Shown here piece after piece: positions 49,469 through 62,852 of a stretch of DNA of 64,000 nt. The translations under genes were made by a program, and so were the position numbers. The first letter of the stretch is position 1; each line of letters starts with the position of its first letter. Below the pieces are notes generated by a model. That model saw nothing but the letters and a program-made list of their open reading frames with translations, was not told the DNA's origin and ran no database searches. This DNA comes from an uncultured Chloroflexia bacterium (GTDB lineage Bacteria > Chloroflexota > Limnocylindria > Limnocylindrales > CSP1-4), in the NCBI GenBank assembly GCA_963696405.1, contig CAVOJY010000007.1, forward strand, positions 64,332 through 128,331. The letters run 5' to 3'.

Positions 49469-51469
49469 ATGCTCGGCCGGGTCAGCAACCGACGCCTGAT
49501 CGTCGTCCTGGCCATCCTGCTCGTGTTCGCCTCGGCGGCGGTCATGCGGCTGGCGTACTGGCAGGTCGTGGTGCAGGATCGGCTTGCGGCCGTGGCCCGT
49601 TCCCGTCTCGAGGTCGAGACGGTACAGGAGGCGCGGCGCGGATCGATCTACGACCGGACTGGTACGGTCCTTCTCGCGACCACGGTCTACCGGGACCAGC
49701 TGGTTGCGTACCCCGCGCTGGTTCCGCCGGACAAGCGGTCGGCCCTCGCCGCCCGTCTCGTCAAGGTCCTGGGGCTCAAGGGTAGCGCCGCGCGCGACCT
49801 CACCGCGAACGTGCAGGCCGGCGCGGGTTACGCCGTCCTCGCCGGCGAGCTGACGCCCGCCCAGAGCGACGCCGTCCGTGCGGCCCTGGCCGACGGCACG
49901 GTTGCCGAGGTGGACCTCATTCCCCGGCCGCAGCGCGTCTACCCGAACCCGGGTGGGGCGCCGAACACGACCCTCGCGAGCCAGCTGCTCGGGTTCGTGA
50001 ACCTGGACGGGGAGGGCCAGTACGGCGTGGAGCAGCGCTACCAGGGACTCCTCGCCGGCCGCAACCGGGTGGTGGTGAACCGGACGATCGCGAGCGGCGG
50101 CGAGGACCCGACGGACGTGCGCGAGCCGGGAACGCCGGGCCTGGACCTGCGGCTCACGGTCGACGCCGGTCTGCAGCTGCAGGTCGAGAAGGAGCTCCAC
50201 GCCGCGTGGGTGGCAGACCGGGCGAAGTCGGTGAGCGCCATCGTGATGGACGTGGCGACCGGGGAGATCGTCGCATGGGCGACCGTCCCCGGGTACGATG
50301 CCAACGACTACCGGGCCGTGGCAGAGGCCGATCCATCGCGCTTCGTCGATCCGATCGTCGCCCACGTGTACGAGCCCGGTTCCGTGATGAAGACGTACGT
50401 TGCTGCCGCCGCCTACCAGGCGAAGGTCCTGAAGCCGACCACGAAGATCAACGACAGCGGCACCCTGAAGATCGGCCCGAACCAGGTGGACGACGCCGAC
50501 CGCAAGGCCATGGGCTCGATCCCGTTTCGCGACGTGATCGCCTACTCGCGCAACGTCGGCGCAGCCAGGGCGGCCCGGATGCTGGGGAAGACCGTGCGCA
50601 GCTCCTCGATCGTGCTGTATCGCACGTGGACGAAGCTCGGGATCGGACTGCAGACCGGGATCGACGTGACCGGCGAGGTGACGGGCATGGTGGACGACCC
50701 GGCGATCAAGCCGTGGGCGGCGATCGACCTGGCGAACCGCTCGTTCGGACAGGGCGTGGCGGTCACCCTCGTCCAGCTGGCGCGGTCGTACGCCGCGATG
50801 GTGAACGGCGGATATCTCGTCGAGCCGCACGTCGCGACGGCCGTCGGCGACCGGTCGATCGAGCGGCAGGAGCCGACCCGCGTGCTCAGCGCGTCGCTGT
50901 CGAAGAGCCTCGTCACCCTCCTGAAGTACGTCGTGACGAAGGTGCCCTGGTACGCCACGGGCACCCTCATCCCCGGCTACCTTGTGGGGGGCAAGACGGG
51001 GACCGCCCAGATCTGGGACAGCAAGAAGCACGATTGGGTAGACAACGTCTTCAACTTCACCTTCGTGGGGTTCCTGGGGCGGACGAAGCCCGAGTACGTC
51101 ATTGCGGTGCGCCTCGAGCGGTCCCGCCCGGAGGTGGTCAAGCAGGGCGTGCTGCGCCAGCCAATCACCTCGAACGAGCTGTTCCGGCGGGTTGCGCTCA
51201 ACGTCATCGGGGTCCTCGACCTTCCGTCGTCGGAGGCGCCGGGCGCCGGGGCGAGCCCCCCGGCGGGGTCAGCGGCCTTGCCGGGCTCCTCCCCGAAGGC
51301 AACTGGCAAGCCGACTGCCAAGGCGACGGCCCGTCCGACACCGAACCCATCGTCGAGGCCGACGCCGTCGTCGATGGCCGAGCCGTCGCCGGAGTCCTCG
51401 CCCGAGCCCGGGGTCGTGCCGCCGGGGTCGCCGTCCCCGTCGGACGGCCTGCCCGGCTGGGCGCCCTGA
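49469..51469 (+). CDS. ftsI: peptidoglycan D,D-transpeptidase FtsI / class B PBP
   Basis: SxxK (GSVMKT), SxN (SRN) and KTG (KTGTAQ) motifs. N-terminal TM segment. Pro/Ser-rich C-terminal tail. Confidence 0.9.
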   Translation: MLGRVSNRRLIVVLAILLVFASAAVMRLAYWQVVVQDRLAAVARSRLEVETVQEARRGSIYDRTGTVLLATTVYRDQLVAYPALVPPDKRSALAARLVKVLGLKGSAARDLTANVQAGAGYAVLAGELTPAQSDAVRAALADGTVAEVDLIPRPQRVYPNPGGAPNTTLASQLLGFVNLDGEGQYGVEQRYQGLLAGRNRVVVNRTIASGGEDPTDVREPGTPGLDLRLTVDAGLQLQVEKELHAAWVADRAKSVSAIVMDVATGEIVAWATVPGYDANDYRAVAEADPSRFVDPIVAHVYEPGSVMKTYVAAAAYQAKVLKPTTKINDSGTLKIGPNQVDDADRKAMGSIPFRDVIAYSRNVGAARAARMLGKTVRSSSIVLYRTWTKLGIGLQTGIDVTGEVTGMVDDPAIKPWAAIDLANRSFGQGVAVTLVQLARSYAAMVNGGYLVEPHVATAVGDRSIERQEPTRVLSASLSKSLVTLLKYVVTKVPWYATGTLIPGYLVGGKTGTAQIWDSKKHDWVDNVFNFTFVGFLGRTKPEYVIAVRLERSRPEVVKQGVLRQPITSNELFRRVALNVIGVLDLPSSEAPGAGASPPAGSAALPGSSPKATGKPTAKATARPTPNPSSRPTPSSMAEPSPESSPEPGVVPPGSPSPSDGLPGWAP

Positions 51470-51483
51470 GTGTCCGTGCGACA

Positions 51484-52974
51484 ATGGCCGCGACCGTGAC
51501 GGACTCCACCAGACCACCCGCGGCGCCCGGCGCCGACGCGTTCTTCGACGGGCAGGGCATCGCACTGGCGGCCGCGGGCGTGCTCCTGCGTTCATCGGGG
51601 CGCCCGGTGCGCGGCGGTGCCGTCGACTCCCGACGCGTCGAGCCAGGCAACGCGTTCTTCGCGCTGCCTGGCGAGCGAACCGACGGTCACCAGTTCCTGC
51701 CCGACGCCGCGGCCCGTGGGGCGGCCGCCCTGGTGGTCAGTCGCGATCTTCTCGACGACGAGCTTGATGGGCTGGCGGCTCTCGCCGAAGGCGGGGTCTC
51801 TATCGTGCGCGTCCCGGACTCGCTTCGGGCGCTCCACGCCGTCGCGGGCGCATGGCGCTCGCGGTTCACGCCCGTCGTCGTCGGCGTCACGGGATCGGTG
51901 GGCAAGACGTCCACGAAGGAGGCCGTGGCGACCGTCCTGGCGGGGCGCTGGGACGTGCTGCGGAGCGAGGGCAACGAGAACAACGAGATCGGCCTGCCGC
52001 TCACGCTGCTGCGCCTCGACCGGTCGCACGACGTCGCCGTCGTGGAGATGGGCATGTACGTGGCCGGGGAGATCGCGGAGCTGGCGGCGATCGCTCGCCC
52101 CGTGGTGGGCGTGGTCACCGCTGTTCGCGGCGTGCACCTGGAGCGGGCGGGGTCCATGGACGAGATCGAGCGGGGCAAGGGGCAGCTCGTCGAGGCACTT
52201 CCGGACGACGGCGCCGCGGTGCTGAACGGCGACGATCCCCGCGTCCGGCGGATGGCCTCGCGGACCCGTGCGCGTGCGATCACCTACGGCTTCGATCCCG
52301 GGAATGACGTGGTCGCCGACGCGGTCGAGCCGGCTGGAGCCGAAGGAAGTCGCTTCGTCCTGCGGACCGGAACCGGGGCCTCTGCCTTCGCGCCGGCCGC
52401 CACGGCGGTCCGGCTGCCCGTGCCCGGGCGTCACAGCGTGGAGAACGCCCTCGCCGCGGCCGCCGTGGGCCTCGTCCTGGGTCTCGACAGCGGCACGGTT
52501 GTCGCCGGGCTGGAACGAGGCTGGAGCGCCCCCCACCGGACGCAGTTGATCCGCGCGGGCGGCTGGCTCCTCCTCGACGACAGCTACAACGCCGGCCCGG
52601 ACTCGATGATGGCCGCCCTCGACCTGCTGACCACCCTGCCCGGCCGGCACGTCGCGGTCCTCGGACAGATGCTCGAGCTGGGACCCGACGCGTCCGCCCT
52701 CCACCGCGAGGTGGGCCGCCATGCCGCGGGTCGCGCCGACCTGGTCGTTGTCGTTGGCGAGGGCGCGCGCCCGATCGCCGGCGGCGCGCGGGAAGCCGGC
52801 ATGCCTCCGGAGCTTGTCGTCGAGGTGCCCGACCGAACGGCGGCTCTCGGCCGCCTTGGCAGCCTCCTCGCAGCGGGAGACACGGTGCTCTTCAAGGGGT
52901 CCCGGGGTGCGGCGCTCGACGAGCTGGTGGCCGCGGTCGTCGACCTCGCCGCACTGGAGGGGGAGCGATCGTGA
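51484..52974 (+). CDS. murF: UDP-MurNAc-tripeptide--D-Ala-D-Ala ligase
   Basis: GVTGSVGKTSTKE, NDSYNA and LGQMLELG are MurF hallmarks. There is no murE between ftsI and murF. Confidence 0.9.
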   Translation: MAATVTDSTRPPAAPGADAFFDGQGIALAAAGVLLRSSGRPVRGGAVDSRRVEPGNAFFALPGERTDGHQFLPDAAARGAAALVVSRDLLDDELDGLAALAEGGVSIVRVPDSLRALHAVAGAWRSRFTPVVVGVTGSVGKTSTKEAVATVLAGRWDVLRSEGNENNEIGLPLTLLRLDRSHDVAVVEMGMYVAGEIAELAAIARPVVGVVTAVRGVHLERAGSMDEIERGKGQLVEALPDDGAAVLNGDDPRVRRMASRTRARAITYGFDPGNDVVADAVEPAGAEGSRFVLRTGTGASAFAPAATAVRLPVPGRHSVENALAAAAVGLVLGLDSGTVVAGLERGWSAPHRTQLIRAGGWLLLDDSYNAGPDSMMAALDLLTTLPGRHVAVLGQMLELGPDASALHREVGRHAAGRADLVVVVGEGARPIAGGAREAGMPPELVVEVPDRTAALGRLGSLLAAGDTVLFKGSRGAALDELVAAVVDLAALEGERS

Positions 52975-53945
52975 ACGTTCAGCTCATCCAGGGGCTGCTG
53001 CTCGCCTTCGCCCTCGTCGTGATCCTCATGCGGCCGTACCTTCGGCTGCTGCGGTGGATGGGGTTTGGCAAGCACATCCGCGAGGAGGAGCCGGACACCC
53101 ACTATCACAAAGAGGGCACGCTCACCATGGGCGGCCTGCTCATGATCGGCGTGGCGCTCGTCCTGACGATCGTGATGGGCATCTTCGATGCGTCGACGTA
53201 TGCCCCGGCGCTCGCGCTGGCCGGTGTCGGCGCCCTCGGGGGCATCGACGACTACCTGAACGCCCGCACGGGGACAGGCCTGCGGGTCCGCCAGAAACTT
53301 GTCTGGCAGATCGTGGTGGCGATCATCGCCGCGATCTACATCCAGCGCCACTACGACTTCACGGGCTTCCGGGTGCCGTTCATCGGGGACGTCCACGTCG
53401 AGCCGTGGCTCTTCATCCTCCTGGCCGCGATCGCCATCGTGAGTGCCATCAACGGCGTGAACATCACCGACGGGCTGGACGGGCTCGCGGCGGGCACGCT
53501 CATGTTCAGCTTCGCGGCCTACGCCATCATCGCCCTGCTGAACGTGCCGAACCAGGAGAACCTGGCGGTCTTCTCGATGATCATCATCGGGGCGCTGCTC
53601 GGTTTCCTCTGGTTCAACGTCCACCCCGCGCAGATCTTCATGGGCGACTCCGGAGCGTTATCCATGGGCGCAGCCCTGGCCGTCACCGCGCTCATCACCG
53701 GACAGGTGCTCATCCTCCCGCTGATCGGCATCATCTTCGTGGTCGAGACGATGTCCGTGATCATCCAGGTGGTGAGCTTCAAGCTCGTCGGCCGCCGTGT
53801 CTTCCGCATGACCCCGATCCACTACCAGTTCGAGTTGCAGGGCTGGGATGAGGAGAAGGTGACGATGCGCTTCTGGATCATCGCGGCACTGGCGGCCATG
53901 CTTGGCGTGGTCCTGTTCCTCTCATCCCTCCACATGCTGAGCTGA
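52971..53945 (+). CDS. mraY: phospho-N-acetylmuramoyl-pentapeptide transferase
   Basis: GTGA overlap with murF. MraY motifs (NGVNITDGLDGLA, HPAQIFMGDSGAL). Confidence 0.95.
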   Translation: MNVQLIQGLLLAFALVVILMRPYLRLLRWMGFGKHIREEEPDTHYHKEGTLTMGGLLMIGVALVLTIVMGIFDASTYAPALALAGVGALGGIDDYLNARTGTGLRVRQKLVWQIVVAIIAAIYIQRHYDFTGFRVPFIGDVHVEPWLFILLAAIAIVSAINGVNITDGLDGLAAGTLMFSFAAYAIIALLNVPNQENLAVFSMIIIGALLGFLWFNVHPAQIFMGDSGALSMGAALAVTALITGQVLILPLIGIIFVVETMSVIIQVVSFKLVGRRVFRMTPIHYQFELQGWDEEKVTMRFWIIAALAAMLGVVLFLSSLHMLS

Positions 53946-53957
53946 GCGAGACGGGGG

Positions 53958-55587
53958 ATGGCCGTGGCGCAGGGGCTGACCGGGAACCGGGCGAGGAGCC
54001 GTCGGGCGATCCGTCTCGATCGCCTCGGCCTCGGGTCGTTCGCGGGCCGGCCGGTGGCGGTCCTGGGGTTCGCCCGCAGCGGGGTCGCCCTGGCGCGGTT
54101 TCTCGCCGACCGCGGCGCCTGCGTGACCGTCTACGACGGGCGGAGCCGCGACGAGCTGAGGCGGTCGGTGGAGTCGCTGGAGGGGAGACCCGTGCGCCTG
54201 CTGCTGGGGCCGGATGTCGATCCTGCCGAAGCGCTCGCCGGGCAGGCGCTCGTCACCTGTTCCCCGTCCGTCAGCAGCCGGTTCCCGACCACCGAGCCGC
54301 GACTGCGGACCGCGCTAGCGGCGCTCGAGGCAGCGGGCTCGGTGCCGGTCCTGAGCGAGGTTGACCTCTTCCTGCGGCTCTGCCCCGCGGTCACGGTCGG
54401 CGTGACGGGGACGAAGGGCAAGACGACCACGGCGTCGCTGGTCGCGGCGGTGCTCGCCGAGGGCGCCGCACCGGTCGTCCTGGGCGGGAACATCGGGACT
54501 CCGCTCATCGAGCGGCTCCCGGAGCTGACGCCGGACCACCGCGTCGTCCTCGAGCTGTCCGAACTGCAGCTGCCGACGCTCTCGCGGGGCACGACGGCCG
54601 CCGTCTACACGCACGTGACGCAGGATCACCTCGACCGCCACGGGTCGATGGAGGCGTACCGCGCGGTGAAGCGGATCCTCGCCGAGCGGGTCGATCACCG
54701 GGGCGCCCTCGTCCTGAACGCCGAGGACCCGGTGAGCGCCGCATATGCGGCTCTCGGCACGGCCCGGGCGGTCATGTACCGCCGCTCGCACCCCATGGCC
54801 GGCGGGGTCGGCGTCGCCGGCGGCTGGGTGGTCGCCGAGCGTGTCGAGCGCCTGTCGCGTGCCGGGGGCGGCGCCGCGGCGACGGGCGCGGACGGTCGAA
54901 TCCTTCCCGTCGCGGAGATCCCGCTCTTCGGCGACCACAACATCAGCAACGTCCTCGCGGCCGTAGCAACGGGCCTGATCTTCGGCATCGCGCCCGATGC
55001 GATCCGCCGGGCGGTCGCCTGCTTTCCCGGTGTGGAGCACCGCCTCGAGCCGGTCGCCGAGGTGGACGGCGTTCTCTTCGTCAACGACTCTCAGGGGACC
55101 CAGCCCGACGCAGTGATCGCAGCGCTGCGGAGCTTCGAGCCGCCGATCGTGCTCATCGCCGGTGGCCGAGGGAAGGGCGTGCCGCTCGATGCGCTCGCCA
55201 AGGAGGCGACTCGCCGCGCCGCCGCCGTCGTGCTCATCGGCGAGAACGCGCCGCAGCTTGACGCCGAGCTTGCGCGCGCCGGGCACCCGCGGGTCGTGCA
55301 CGCCGGATCGCTGGCCGATGCGGTCGAGCACGCCGACCTCCTCGCGCGCGATGCGCTTGCGCGCGAGGCTCCCGGAGGCGCGCAGCGCGCCGAGGCCGCC
55401 AGGGCGATCGTCCTCCTCAGCCCGGCGCGCGGCGAGCTTCGACATGTTCGAGGATTACGCGGCCCGAGGATTGGCCTTCAAGGAGGCGGTGCGTGCCCTG
55501 GCTGCGCAGTGGCCGCAGCCGGTGCGGGCCGCAGCAGAGGGGCCACCGGGCCCGCCGTCGGCGAAGCCGGCGGGGGCCGGACGGTGA
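53958..55587 (+). CDS. murD: UDP-MurNAc-L-Ala--D-Glu ligase, with an apparent 1-nt insertion near 55441
   Basis: GVTGTKGKTTT... The C-terminus LLSPARASFDMFEDYAARGLAFKEAV is in the +1 frame after cgcGGcgag. Confidence 0.9.
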
Positions 55588-57086
55588 GCGGCGCCGCGCT
55601 GCCCCGCCGGCTACCCCCGCCGACGGGTGTCCGCTGGCCCGCGCCGGACCAGGGGTCCGGACCGCGCCTCGGTCCTGCTTCGACACCCGTGCGCTGGCGA
55701 GGTACCGACGCCGCGGCTCCTGCCCGCAGGAATGGCGCAGCCCCCTCCCGTGCCGCCCGGACGCACGCGCAGGCGCGTGCGACGGGCGTGGCCCGCCCGC
55801 GGCCCGGGCTCGGGGTGACTCTCCGATCGCTCCTCGCGGGCGGCACCGCACCGGCCGGCCGGTTCATGGAGATGCCGCGTCAGCGGCACCAGCCGGAGTA
55901 TCTCGTCGTGCTGGCGGTGGTTGCCCTCACGGCCGTCGGCATCCTGATGGTCTACTCGAGTTCGGCCATCCGGGCCTACGTGGCCGAGCAGGACACGCTC
56001 GCGGTGGTCGGCCCGCAGTTGCTGTGGGCCCTCCTGGGCGTCGTTGCGATGGTGGTCCTGATGCGGATCGACTACCGGGTCCTGCGGTACCTGTCGATCC
56101 CCATGTACGTCGCGGCGCTTGTCATGCTCGTTCTCGTCCTGCTCCCGGGAGTGGGCATCCGCGTGGGTGGATCGGCGCGCTGGCTGCAGATCGGCCCGCT
56201 GCCCGCGCTGCACCCCGCGGAGTTCGCCAAGCTGGCCCTGGTCGTCTACCTCGCCCACTGGTTCTCCCGGCGCGACACGGCCGTGGGCAGCATCCGCAGC
56301 GGGACGATCCCGTTCCTGCTCATCGCCGGCCCCATCGTCCTCCTCGTCCTGCGCGAACCCGACCTGGGTACGACGGGGGTGCTCGCCCTCTCCGCCGTCA
56401 CGATGTTCTTCGTCGCCGGCGCGAACCTCTGGCAGTTCGTCCTGCTGATTCCGGCCGGTGTGGCGGCGGTGACCATGGTGGTGATCAGCAACGCCTACCA
56501 GCTCGAACGCGTACGCGCGTTCCTGGATCCGTGGCGCGACACGGGCGGGGCCGGCTTCCAAACCGTCCAGGGGCTCCTCGCGCTCGGCCTGGGCGGGATC
56601 ATCGGGACCGGGCTGGGCACGAGCCGCAGCGCCGGCGGGCTCCTTCTACCGAACGCGTCGAACGACTTCATCTTCGCGATCATCGGCCAGGAATTCGGCC
56701 TCATCGGCGGCGTGCTCGTGATCGGGCTGTTCGTCCTCTTCGCCTACGAGGGGATCAAGGTGGCGATGCACGCGCCCGACACGTTCGGAGGCCTGCTCGC
56801 GGCCGGGGTCACCGCCTGGATCACCTTCCAGGCGCTCATCAACATCGGGGTCGTCGTGACGCTCGTGCCGATCACGGGCATCACGCTTCCCTTCATCAGC
56901 GCCGGCGGCTCCTCGCTCACGATCAGCCTGGCCGCTGTCGGCATTCTCCTCTCGGTCTCGCGTGAGACCCTACCCCGAGGGATGTGGAGCGATGCAGATC
57001 CTGATCGCGGCGGGCGGCACGGGCGGGCACATCTACCCGGCCCTGGCGGTCGCCCGGTCCCTGACGAAGCGGACACCGCCGCCTGA
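55585..57086 (+). CDS. ftsW: peptidoglycan glycosyltransferase FtsW (SEDS family). The start may be GTG 55585 (GTGA overlap with murD) or ATG 55866. The 3' end reads about 100 nt into murG
   Basis: SEDS TM core (PAEFAKLALVVYLAHW..., GGIIGTGLG, NDFIFAIIGQEFG). Confidence 0.8.
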
Positions 57087-58150
57087 GCTCCGCTGGATCG
57101 GCGGCCACCGGGGCCTGGAGGCGGGCATCGTCCCGGGCACCGGGGTCCCGCTGACCCGGCTGCTCCTCCGCTCCCTTCGGACGGTCGACCTGTCGCCTGC
57201 GGCGGCTGCTCGACCCGCTGCGCCTCGGCCTCTCGTACCCGCAGGCGCTCGCCCTGCTCGCGACGCTGGCGCCCGGCGGCGATCTTCACCACCGGCGGAT
57301 ACGTCTCGCTGCCGGTTGCGATGGCCGCGGCGACGCTGCGCATCCCGATCGCTCGTCTGGGAGGGCAACGTCGTCCCCGGCAGGAGCACGCGCGTCGTCG
57401 CCCGGCTTGGCCTCGTGCTCGGCGGTCAGCTTCGCGCAGACGTGCCGGACGCTGCGGGACCCGTGCTTCCGCACCGGCACGCCCATCCGCGACCTCGCCG
57501 GAACGGACCGCGCTGGCCGCCCGACGCAGGTTCGAGGTGCCCGCCGACGCCCGCTGTCGTGCTCCTCTTCGGGGGGTCCCAGGCGGTCGCGCCGGTTCGA
57601 CGCGGCCGTGGACGAGGCGCTGCCCGAGCTCGTCGGCCGCGCCGTCGTGCTGCACGTCACGGGCGAGGAGGGTTTCGACGCGGCGCTGGCCCGACGCGAG
57701 CGCCTGCCGCCCGACGTCGCGGCCGCGCTACCGCCCGTACCCGTTCCTGCGCGACGAGATGTACGACGCCTACGCGGCGGCCGACCTCTCGTGGGCCGCG
57801 CCGGGTCCTCGACGATCGCCGAGACGACCGCCTTCGGGCTCCCGCTCGTCGTCGTGCCCGTATCCCCACGCCGCGGGCCACCAGGCGGCGAACGCCCGGC
57901 TGGTCGAGGAGGCGGGCGCCGGGCTGGGTCATCCCGGACGAGGCGTTCGACGGTCCGCGCTGCTCCTCGACGCGACGGCCATCCTGGGCGAGCCGCGCCG
58001 CCACGTCGAGATGGCCGCCGCCAGCCGCGGCCTCGGGAGGCCGGGCGCGGCCGACGCCGTCGCCGAGCTGGTCCTGGCGCTCGCGGAGCGCAGGCCGCTC
58101 CCGGAGCCCGAGAAGATCGAGCGGCTCAGCCGCGAAGGCGGACGCGCCGG

Positions 58151-60305
<2,155 letters not shown>

Positions 60306-60309
<4 letters not shown>

Positions 60310-61139
60310 CGCTGCCGGTCCGCGCCGCAAACCGGTCGCGACGGCAGAAGCCGCCGGTCCGCCGCGCGTCGGCGGGGATCTCGGCCGCGAGGGTTGCGGC
60401 GGCTCTGGTGGCGCTGGTCACGGCTGCTGCGTTCTACGGCGTCGTGGCATCGCCCGCCTTTGCGCTCCAGCGGCTCGAGCTGGCGGGGGCCCGGTTCACC
60501 GGCCGTGAGGTCGTCGAGAGGGCCGCTGGTCTCGTGGCGAGCCCCGCCCCGAACGCGTTCACGTTCGACACGGAGGTCGTCCGGGCCGAATTGCGCACGC
60601 TGCCGGCCGTGATCGACGTCGATGTCGAGGTGGCGCTCCCCGATCTCCTCCGGGTTCGCCTGGTGGAGCGCGAGCCCGTTCTGGCGTGGCAGGTGGACGG
60701 GCGTTCATTCCTGGTCAGCGCCGACGGCGTCGTTCTGTCCGAGACGGAGGGACCCGCGGCCGATCTCCCGGTGTTTGCCGATGAGCGGACCGGCCGCCCC
60801 GTTCCGACGCCCGGTAGAACGCTCGACGAGACGGACCTTGCGGCCGCCCGGCGGCTGGGCTCGCTGACGCCGGAGCTTGCCGGCTCGAAGGCCGATGGGC
60901 TGGTCTTCCAGATCACCGACAACGAGGGTTTCGTCGTCACGGCGCCCCCCAAGCGCTGGCGAGCGGTCTTCGGGATCTACACGCCGACCCTCAGGCCCCC
61001 GGACACCATCCCGTCCCAGGTCCAGTGCCTGGCGGGCCTTCTTGCCGCGCAGGGCGAAGCCAGGCTGGAGGCCGTGTACCTCTTCCCCGAGGGGGATCGC
61101 TGCGGCACGTTCGTTCTTCGCAAGGGAGCGGCGTCGTGA
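60306..61139 (+). CDS. ftsQ: cell division protein FtsQ/DivIB (POTRA domain)
   Basis: GTGA overlap with ddl. N-terminal TM segment, POTRA-like FALQRLELAGARFTGREVV, then a beta domain. Confidence 0.8.
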
Positions 61140-61226
61140 CCGGACCTCGATCTACCGGGAGGCTTGCCGCGCCCGTTCGGGGTCGAGTAGCCTTGGCGGG
61201 TTCGGGAGCGTGGAGGTGGTGGCGGC

Positions 61227-61550
61227 GTGTGGTTGCCCCTGGTCGGGCTGCTTACGGGCGTGATCCTGGGGCTCCTGCTCCAGGTGGACGTCAGCTTCGA
61301 GCTTGCCCGGTACTCGGCCGTGGCGATCCTCGCCGCATTCGACTCGATCCTGGGGGCTGTCCGCGCCGAGCTGGATGGGAACTACGACAACCGCATCTTC
61401 ATCTCGGGGTTCGTCGTCAATGCTCTCGTCGCCGTGCTCCTGACGTTCGTGGGCGACCGGCTCGGCCTGGATCTCTACCTGGTCGCGCTCATCGCCTTCG
61501 GGCTGCGCATCTTCCAGAACGTCGCCATCATCCGGCGACACTTTCTCTAA
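61227..61550 (+). CDS. sbp: small basic protein (DUF1290, Sbp-like) of the ftsQ-ftsA interval
   Basis: MWLPLVGLL...ISGFVVNALVAV...NVAIIRRHFL resembles B. subtilis Sbp, and the synteny is conserved. Confidence 0.65.
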   Translation: MWLPLVGLLTGVILGLLLQVDVSFELARYSAVAILAAFDSILGAVRAELDGNYDNRIFISGFVVNALVAVLLTFVGDRLGLDLYLVALIAFGLRIFQNVAIIRRHFL

Positions 61551-61577
61551 CAGACCGAAGCAGGTGAGGGGATAGCC

Positions 61578-62813
61578 GTGGAGCGGGAAGCGGTCCTCGT
61601 CGCGATCGACGTCGGGACGAGCAAGTGCGTGGCGCTCATCGGCGAGGTGACGACCGACGGCAGCCTCACCATCATCGGCAAGGGCGCGCCGGCGGCAGCC
61701 GGTCTGCGCAAGGGCGTCGTGGTCAACATCGACCAGACCGTGGCCTCGATCCGGGGCGCGGTCGAGCAGGCCGAGCGCCTGAGCGGCTACCGGCTGGAGT
61801 CGGCCTTCGTCAACGTCGGTGGCAGCCATATCGAGAGCCAGAACTCGCGCGGTGCGGTGGCCGTGAGCGGTCACAACCGCGAGGTCGCTCGCGAGGACGT
61901 TGCCCGGGCGACGGAGGTGGCGCGAGCGGTGACCATCCCGTCGAGCCGCGCCGTCCTGCACGTCCTGCCCCGGGGATTCATCGTGGATGGCCAGGAGGGA
62001 GTGAAGGACCCGATCGGCATGAGCGCCATCCGGCTCGAGGTGGAGACTCACATCGTCACCGCGAGCGCGACCGGGGTGCAGAACCTCGCGAAGTGCGTGA
62101 CCCAGGCGGGGATACGTGTCGACGAACTGGTGGCAAGCTCGCTCGCCGCGGCCGAGGCCGTCCTCACGGACACCGAGCGCGACCTGGGCGTCGCGGTCGC
62201 CGACATCGGGGCCGGGACCACCGACCTCGCGCTCTTCCTCGATGGATACCCCTTTCACACCGCAGTCCTCCCCATCGGCGGCAACAACGTCACCAACGAC
62301 CTGGCGATCGGTCTGAAGACGAGCCTGCCCGCTGCGGAGGACGTGAAGATCCGCTTCGGAAGCGCAGACGTCCGAGCGGTCGACAGCGACGAGGAGATCA
62401 CCGTCGAGGTCCTGGGGACCGACCACGGCCGGACGATCAGCCGGGCGGATGCCTGCGACATCATCGAGGCCCGCATGCGCGAGCTCTTCGAGAAGCTCGG
62501 GGAGGAGATCGGGCGTGCCGGCCACGGGGGGATGCTGCCGGCGGGGGTCGTCCTCACGGGCGGAGCTTCCCAGCTCGCGGGTATCGCCGAGCTGGGCCGC
62601 GAGGTGATGAAGATGCCCGTCCGGGTGGCCGCGCCGTCGGGGATCGGCGGCCTCGTGGATTACCTCCTGACGCCGACTTTCAGCACGTCGATCGGCCTGC
62701 TCATCTGGGGTGCCCGGACGATCATGTCGCAGGAGCCCGGCCGCTACGAGAGCGCCCCGTCGCGGGGCGGCTTCGGCCGCGCCCGGTCCTGGGTCCGCGG
62801 GCTCTTCCCGTGA
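61578..62813 (+). CDS. ftsA: cell division protein FtsA
   Basis: Actin-like ATPase motifs (AIDVGTSK, DIGAGTTDLALF, LTGGASQL). Confidence 0.9.
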   Translation: MEREAVLVAIDVGTSKCVALIGEVTTDGSLTIIGKGAPAAAGLRKGVVVNIDQTVASIRGAVEQAERLSGYRLESAFVNVGGSHIESQNSRGAVAVSGHNREVAREDVARATEVARAVTIPSSRAVLHVLPRGFIVDGQEGVKDPIGMSAIRLEVETHIVTASATGVQNLAKCVTQAGIRVDELVASSLAAAEAVLTDTERDLGVAVADIGAGTTDLALFLDGYPFHTAVLPIGGNNVTNDLAIGLKTSLPAAEDVKIRFGSADVRAVDSDEEITVEVLGTDHGRTISRADACDIIEARMRELFEKLGEEIGRAGHGGMLPAGVVLTGGASQLAGIAELGREVMKMPVRVAAPSGIGGLVDYLLTPTFSTSIGLLIWGARTIMSQEPGRYESAPSRGGFGRARSWVRGLFP

Positions 62814-62852
62814 GTCGATCGACCTCCGCGTGAAGGGCGTCCTGATCGTCCC

